Positions 58,865 through 64,000 of a DNA stretch of 64,000 bases are shown here, in pieces. Below the pieces are notes generated by a model. The model worked only from the letters and a program-made list of their open reading frames with translations. It had not been told where the DNA came from and did no database searches. The stretch's first letter is position 1. The number at the start of each line of letters is the position of its first letter. Both the position numbers and the translations under genes were made by a program. The stretch lies in NCBI GenBank assembly GCA_963745025.1, contig CAVUWD010000002.1:32001-96000 (forward strand). Reading direction: 5' to 3'. Origin of the DNA: an uncultured delta proteobacterium (GTDB lineage Bacteria; Desulfobacterota; Binatia; JACPRU01).

Positions 58865-59329
58865 ATGATATGCGCGCAGAACATCGTGAGAAAATGCCTC
58901 CGAATTCTCGGCGCCGGCTCGATCCTTCTCGCGGTCTCGGCCTGGGCGGATGTAGCGGGAAAGGTGAGCAGTGTCGCAGGGAGCGCGGAGGTTCAACCGG
59001 GCGGCGTCGGATCCTGGAAGCAGCTCTCCGTCGATGACGCGGTTTCGGTAGGAGATCATCTGCGCACCACGGATGAAGGCCGTCTCTCGGTAGTCTATCG
59101 CGACGGGTCTACCATCGCCCTTGAGCCGGGCAGCGAGTTGGTCATCGACGATCAATCATTGCCGTCGGGCGGTCCGCCCGTCTCACTCTTCAGCCTCAAT
59201 CGCGGAAAGCTCGACGTGGCGGTTCCTAAGAACCTTTACAACACCCAAGGCGCCCGATTCGAGGTGAAGACGACGACTGCAGTCGCCGGGGTTCGCGGAA
59301 CGCACTTCACGATCGAAGCGAAAGAGTAG
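58865..59329 (+). CDS. Short exported FecR-domain protein
   Basis: Signal peptide; VGDHLRT, DGSTIAL, TTTAVAGVRGTHF. Confidence 0.85.
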   Translation: MICAQNIVRKCLRILGAGSILLAVSAWADVAGKVSSVAGSAEVQPGGVGSWKQLSVDDAVSVGDHLRTTDEGRLSVVYRDGSTIALEPGSELVIDDQSLPSGGPPVSLFSLNRGKLDVAVPKNLYNTQGARFEVKTTTAVAGVRGTHFTIEAKE

Positions 59330-59835
59330 TGCCGCCGACAAGCCTGCGTCCGAAGGTCGTCGCCTTCGTTGTGTTGGTGGCGTTCGTTTGTCCAGTGTTC
59401 GGGCAGCAGACGCCCATACCGGAGAAGGAAAAGAAGCGGAAGACGCGCGTCTGCGCAATCGAAGACGAGACGAGAGTAAATTCACCCGACAATCCGAGTA
59501 CGTCCCGAACCCTCACACCGGGTTACTGCATCGACTGCTGGGAGGGCTTTGGGTGTGGAGAGCCGTTCTTGGCGGCCGGATTGCTTGGCCTCATCGGTGG
59601 GTCGGCGACATCCGCCGCGGGGGCCGTCGTAGCGGGGGCCGTCGCAGTGGGTGGGGTTCTCGGCGGCTTGGCCGCAACGGGCAACCTGGGTGGTGGTGGC
59701 GGCGGTCATGGGAATCCTACTCCGACCATCTTTCCGCCGCCGCCTCCTCCTCCACCAACTACTCCTCCGTTGCCAACGGTGATCCCGCTGCCGAAGCCGT
59801 CTCCCACGAACCCGCCGGTCTCGCCGTTCCACTAA
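59329..59835 (+). CDS. Exported Gly/Pro-rich protein; N-terminal part resembles the missing FecR strands
   Basis: Signal peptide, TRVCAIEDETRV..TLTPG, hydrophobic Gly/Ala segment, poly-Pro tail. Confidence 0.6.
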   Translation: MPPTSLRPKVVAFVVLVAFVCPVFGQQTPIPEKEKKRKTRVCAIEDETRVNSPDNPSTSRTLTPGYCIDCWEGFGCGEPFLAAGLLGLIGGSATSAAGAVVAGAVAVGGVLGGLAATGNLGGGGGGHGNPTPTIFPPPPPPPPTTPPLPTVIPLPKPSPTNPPVSPFH

Positions 59836-59952
59836 GCTCGCGCCTCGGCGAAGCACCGCATCGTGCGGTTCGGATGGCCGGCCGATTGCCCGACCATCGC
59901 GATCACCTCTACTCAGCTCGGTAGACTTTTGGCGCCGAGACGCGATGCGAGA

Positions 59953-60750
59953 TCACCTGCCTGCCGCGCCCTCTGTCAACCAACCCCTCCACCAATACAC
60001 CAACAACCCGATCCTCTCGTGGACCGCCTTCGAGAAGGCGCGGCGGCGCTCGTCGGAGCGGACGAGCCCGTTCGAATCGAACGCCGTCTCGACCGACGGC
60101 GAGCACACCACCGAGAGCTCCTCGTGCTCGACGGCGGCGCAGGCGCGGCGCGAGTGATAGGGCGAGGTGACGACGATCACGCGCTGCCAGCCGCGCTCGC
60201 GGCAGATGCGGGCGAGCGACAGCGCCTCGTCGCGCGTGTTTTCGTTCGGCCCGACCGTTTGGAGCTCGCTCGCGATGCCCAGATGCTCCATCAGCGACTT
60301 GGCCGCGCCGGCATAGGACGGGGACGGGCGCTTCAGGTCGGAGAGCACGAGCGCCGGGGCCTGCCGCTCCGCGACGAGCTCGATGCCGTGCACGAGGCGG
60401 GCCATCGCGATCGACGTCAGCTCGCCGGTCGGGTGAATGCTCGAGGCTGTGACGAACACGGCGTCGGCGGAGGCGGGCGGATCGCGGCGCACCAGGCCGT
60501 TCGCAAGCCAGCCGGTCAGCGGCGTGAATACGACGAGCAGCCAGAGGACGCCGAGCGCGGCGGCGAGCGCGCCGGCCAACCGGCGGGCCGGCGTCGTCCA
60601 CAGCAGCGCGCCGGCGACGGCGCAGCCGACGACGAGCGGTCCCGAGTCGCCCCAGAACGACACGGTCGAGGTCAGGCCGAGGTCGTCGACGATGAGGCCC
60701 GCGAGGGCGCCGGCCGTGAGCCCGACGAGTGGCGATGCCCTCACGCTCAC
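59953..60750 (-). CDS. YdcF/DUF218 family membrane protein
   Basis: ADAVFV, ARLVHG, NTRDEA, VVTSPYHSRRA, HERIGLLVY. Confidence 0.88.
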   Translation of the reverse strand: MSVRASPLVGLTAGALAGLIVDDLGLTSTVSFWGDSGPLVVGCAVAGALLWTTPARRLAGALAAALGVLWLLVVFTPLTGWLANGLVRRDPPASADAVFVTASSIHPTGELTSIAMARLVHGIELVAERQAPALVLSDLKRPSPSYAGAAKSLMEHLGIASELQTVGPNENTRDEALSLARICRERGWQRVIVVTSPYHSRRACAAVEHEELSVVCSPSVETAFDSNGLVRSDERRRAFSKAVHERIGLLVYWWRGWLTEGAAGR

Positions 60751-62192
60751 GAGAACGGATACCAGAGCGGGAACGTCGCGATCCGCACGACGCCTCTCAC
60801 TCCCGCGTAGATGCTCCACGGCAGCATGCGCGCCGTTGACGCCGGGACGCGCACGACGTCGCCCGCGCGAAGGGGCACGTCCGCGATCTCGCCCGCGTCG
60901 ATCGACTCGACGTCGACGAGCACCGTCTTCGGCTCCGCTCCGGTCGGTTCGTGCCGGATCTCGACGTCGCGCAGGTTTCCCGGGAACAGGCTGCCGCCCG
61001 CCGCGGCGATGGCGGCCGTCACCGTCGATCGGTGCGTGACCTCGTAGACGCCCGGGGAAGCGACCCAGCCCTCGACCGTGCAGAGCTGTCTCTCGGGCAC
61101 GTGGATGTGGTCGCCCGCAGCGACCGGTAGCTTGAGCTCGGCGCCTGCGGCGGGGGGCAGATCGACGACGATCGGCTCCTCCGCGGTCGCTCCAGCTTCG
61201 CCCTTTGCCTTGGCGCGGGTGAGCTCGACCACGCTCGCCGCGGCGCGTGTCCTTCCGCCGGCGTGGGCGATCACCTCGAGAATCGTCGTCGAACCTTCGG
61301 GTAGTGGATACGCGCCCGGCCGGCCGACCGCGCCGTCCACCGTCACCTGCGGCTCCCGCGCGCCGCGCTGCAGCGCTACGTCCACCTCCGGCGTTAGCAG
61401 GTAGGCCGTCAGGCGCTTCGCGAGGTCGGCGACGAGCTCCCCCTGGTTCCTGCCCGCGGCCGGGACGCGGCCGAGAATCGGCAGCTCGATCTGCCCGTCG
61501 CTCGCCACCTCCACGGTGCGGCACACCTCGTCCATGTGCTCGACGCGGATCGCGAGTCGGTCGCCCGGCGCGATGCGGGCGGTCTCCGGCGCCTCGGCGG
61601 GCTGCCGCGCGAGTTCGCGGGCGCGCTCCTGGTCCTGCTCGATCGAGCCGGGTGCTCTGCTCGAAGGCGGCGGCCGCTTCGGCAGCTCGGCCTCCGCCGC
61701 CGCCTCCTCCTCCGAATCGCGCGCCGCCTTGGCGACTTCTTCCCGAGCCTCGCGCCGCGCTTCGGCCGCTTCGTTCTCGGCCTTGCGGCGCGCCGCGATG
61801 GCCTCTTCGAGAGCCGCCTTGAGCGTGACGAGCTCCTTCTTGGCCTTTTCGGGATCGAAGCCTTCGACCTTCTTGAGCTGCTGTTTCGCGGCGTCGAGCT
61901 CGGCGGCGCACGTGCGCATCCGCTGCGCGACCGCGTCGTCCTGCCGCGATCGCTCGGCGGCCAGGCTCTGGAGCCTTCGCTCCGCGTCGGCTCGCTCGGT
62001 GAGGTGAGCTTCCATCTCCGCGTCGAGCTGCCCCTCGAGCTGATGGATACGATCGAGCAAGCCTCGCAGATAGCTCTCGCCCTCGGGGCCAAGGCAGGAT
62101 ACGGACGGCGGCGCGGACGGCTCCTTCGCCGCTGCCTCGAGGGCGATGGCGAGAACGATGAGTACCGGCAGCAGTTTCTTCGTCGTGGTCAT
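60747..62192 (-). CDS. wza: Polysaccharide export (OPX) protein 3 with a long N-terminal coiled coil
   Basis: IAPGDRL, IELPILG, YLLTPEV, SLBB repeats; ~150-aa Ala/Glu/Arg helical insert. Confidence 0.85.
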   Translation of the reverse strand: MTTTKKLLPVLIVLAIALEAAAKEPSAPPSVSCLGPEGESYLRGLLDRIHQLEGQLDAEMEAHLTERADAERRLQSLAAERSRQDDAVAQRMRTCAAELDAAKQQLKKVEGFDPEKAKKELVTLKAALEEAIAARRKAENEAAEARREAREEVAKAARDSEEEAAAEAELPKRPPPSSRAPGSIEQDQERARELARQPAEAPETARIAPGDRLAIRVEHMDEVCRTVEVASDGQIELPILGRVPAAGRNQGELVADLAKRLTAYLLTPEVDVALQRGAREPQVTVDGAVGRPGAYPLPEGSTTILEVIAHAGGRTRAAASVVELTRAKAKGEAGATAEEPIVVDLPPAAGAELKLPVAAGDHIHVPERQLCTVEGWVASPGVYEVTHRSTVTAAIAAAGGSLFPGNLRDVEIRHEPTGAEPKTVLVDVESIDAGEIADVPLRAGDVVRVPASTARMLPWSIYAGVRGVVRIATFPLWYPFS

Positions 62193-62344
62193 GGGTGCGA
62201 GCGCGGCGCGCATCCTCCATACAGGAACGGCGTGAGCTCAACAACGAAAAGTATCCGTTGTCTGCTCGCGATTCGCGCTCCTCGAGCCGCTCGTTTCGTG
62301 AGCCTATCCGAGGGTGTGCCAAACGCACACGCGAGGAGCCACCC

Positions 62345-64000
62345 ATGATGGGGGCGAAGCCGCCGTCTTCGAAGCCGTGGGTCACAGGCGGGACGGCGCG
62401 GGTCGCGAGACGAAGCGCGCTGGCTTGGCTGGCGGCGATTGCCTTGCTCGTGCCCGTCGCTCCGCGAGCCGCCGCGGCCGACGCCCCGAACCTGCTCCGC
62501 AACGGCGATTTCCAAGACGACTGGATCACGCTGCTGCCCGAGAACCTGACTCTTCACTGGAGCTACTCGCCGGTCTTCGCCAACCGGCGCGACTTCAACC
62601 CCGACGGCTGGTCGCTGAGGGGGAGCTGGCGGTGGCTCGACGCCGACGCGCCCGCCGGAAATCGGCGGCTCGTCATCGAGGGGCCGCAGACGGAAGTCTG
62701 GCAGCGCATCAACTGGGTTGCGGTCAACGACGATCGGCAGCTCGAGGGCTTTCCCGACGCCGGCGGTTTCCCGAGCTTCGCGGCCTTGCGGAGCTTACGA
62801 CCGCTCGCGCTCGTGCGCGATCTCGTCCTCCGCGCGCGCGTCAAGGGCACTGACGTGCCGCCCGGAGCGGCGACGATCGAGATCGGACTCGCTCCTCCCG
62901 GCAAGGTGGCGTCCGGTGATCCGCTCGGCACGGTCGTGCCGCCGACGGCATCGGCCTCCGTCGCTCTCCCCGAGGGCAGCTTCGACTGGCTCTCTGTCGA
63001 AGTCCGGCTCGCCGCATCCGACTGGGTGCGGTCGGCCGGCGCTGCAGACGCCGAGGCGGCGAAGTCCGGGCCCGTTCTTCCGGGCACCGCATCGGTTGCG
63101 CTCCGCTATCGCGGCGCGAGCGGCCGCGTCGAGGTGGATCGCGCCGAGCTCGTCAGCGCCGAGCCGTCGTCGCCGAACCTGCTGCCGCACGGTAGCTTCG
63201 AGGAGATCGACGGCAGCGGGTGGGCGGCGGGATGGAAACCCGCCGAGAAGTACACCTACTTTCCGCCGGGTCTCTACTATCTCTTCAACAGTTGGCACAA
63301 CGAGGGCTTCTCGAACCGCGGCGCTCCGGGGCTAGACTCGCTCGTCGTGCGCCGCGGGCGGTGGAGCCTACGCATGCCCGTGCTTGCGGGAGACGAGCTC
63401 GCGGTGTCGTCGGCGCCGGTCGTGCTGAACCAGAAGGAGCCGCGGCTCATCGAGGCGAGCGTCTGGGTGAAGACCGACCGCGTGAACGAGATCCAGATCG
63501 ACGCGCGGAACGAGAAGGGAGAGCGCCTCGACGGCTTCGACTTCATCAGCAAGTCGCCGACCTCGATCGGCACCGACGAATGGCGGCTCCTTCGCCAGGT
63601 CTTCCGGCCGCGCGAGCCGGTGGCGGAGCTCACGCTCGTGCTCGCCGTCCGCGGCGTGAACGGCTACACGCTCGGCTCGACCTCCGAGGAGCCGCAGAAC
63701 AACGTCGCCGGAACGGTCTGGTGGGACGACGCCCGCCTCTACGAGCCCGAGAGCTCCGCCGCGGAGCTCTCGGCGCGAGGCGTGAAGCCGCCGTCCGACG
63801 AGCGCCCGCCCGCGACGCTTCATCTCGCGGATCTCGACGTCGGCGAGCGCTTGCTCGGCGAGAACCACCTCCGCGCGACGGTCGTCAACCCGGGAGAGGC
63901 GCGGGAGCTCGCGCTCGAGTGGCAGCTCACTTCGCCGGCAGGCCGAGTGGCGAAGTTTCAGAGCGCGCGCGTGGACGTTCCGGCGCGCGGCGAGAAGTCG
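62345..64000 (+). CDS. Large secreted protein with repeated CBM4/9-like modules (runs off the window)
   Basis: Own translation: GAGGAG RBS, signal peptide, PNLLRNGDFQD and PNLLPHGSFEE, VWWDDA. Confidence 0.7.
   Translation, partial: MMGAKPPSSKPWVTGGTARVARRSALAWLAAIALLVPVAPRAAAADAPNLLRNGDFQDDWITLLPENLTLHWSYSPVFANRRDFNPDGWSLRGSWRWLDADAPAGNRRLVIEGPQTEVWQRINWVAVNDDRQLEGFPDAGGFPSFAALRSLRPLALVRDLVLRARVKGTDVPPGAATIEIGLAPPGKVASGDPLGTVVPPTASASVALPEGSFDWLSVEVRLAASDWVRSAGAADAEAAKSGPVLPGTASVALRYRGASGRVEVDRAELVSAEPSSPNLLPHGSFEEIDGSGWAAGWKPAEKYTYFPPGLYYLFNSWHNEGFSNRGAPGLDSLVVRRGRWSLRMPVLAGDELAVSSAPVVLNQKEPRLIEASVWVKTDRVNEIQIDARNEKGERLDGFDFISKSPTSIGTDEWRLLRQVFRPREPVAELTLVLAVRGVNGYTLGSTSEEPQNNVAGTVWWDDARLYEPESSAAELSARGVKPPSDERPPATLHLADLDVGERLLGENHLRATVVNPGEARELALEWQLTSPAGRVAKFQSARVDVPARGEKS

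Noticed and set aside
59953-62529. 858-aa minus-strand ORF as one protein
   Set aside because: Only the last 265 aa are YdcF-like; the rest is an off-frame shadow of wza in high-GC DNA

Overview
High-GC bacterial DNA; several indel frameshifts in otherwise intact genes look like uncorrected long-read errors. All calls come from reading motifs by eye; no database search was run. There are four blocks. (1) ~1.7-36.2 kb: a large surface-polysaccharide operon led by an RfaH/NusG paralogue, with a WecA-like initiator, two Wza, Wzc, Wzm/Wzt, a CDP-sugar/C-methyl branched-sugar pathway, many glycosyltransferases and decorating enzymes. It ends in a truncated GT4 gene. (2) 36.4-39.0 kb: a three-gene RiPP-like module made of an HPr-kinase-like kinase, a PqqD/RRE protein fused to an internal twin-arginine signal and a cystine-knot-like (C-C-CC-C-C) peptide, and a nucleotidyltransferase. 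This is the best candidate for an undescribed system. (3) 39-55 kb: a decayed mobile-DNA hotspot with IS21/IS66/IS1380 remnants, a probable degenerate integron cassette, about 8 type II toxin-antitoxin pairs plus fragments, a BREX-2 pglY stub, a protein with two ADP-ribosyltransferase-like domains, DUF1329 and a DyP peroxidase. (4) 55-64 kb: a glycosyltransferase, a CHASE2 adenylate cyclase, an apparently split FecR protein, YdcF, a third Wza and a large secreted protein running off the end. A 132-bp MITE sits near the window start. No rRNA, tRNA or CRISPR array was seen.
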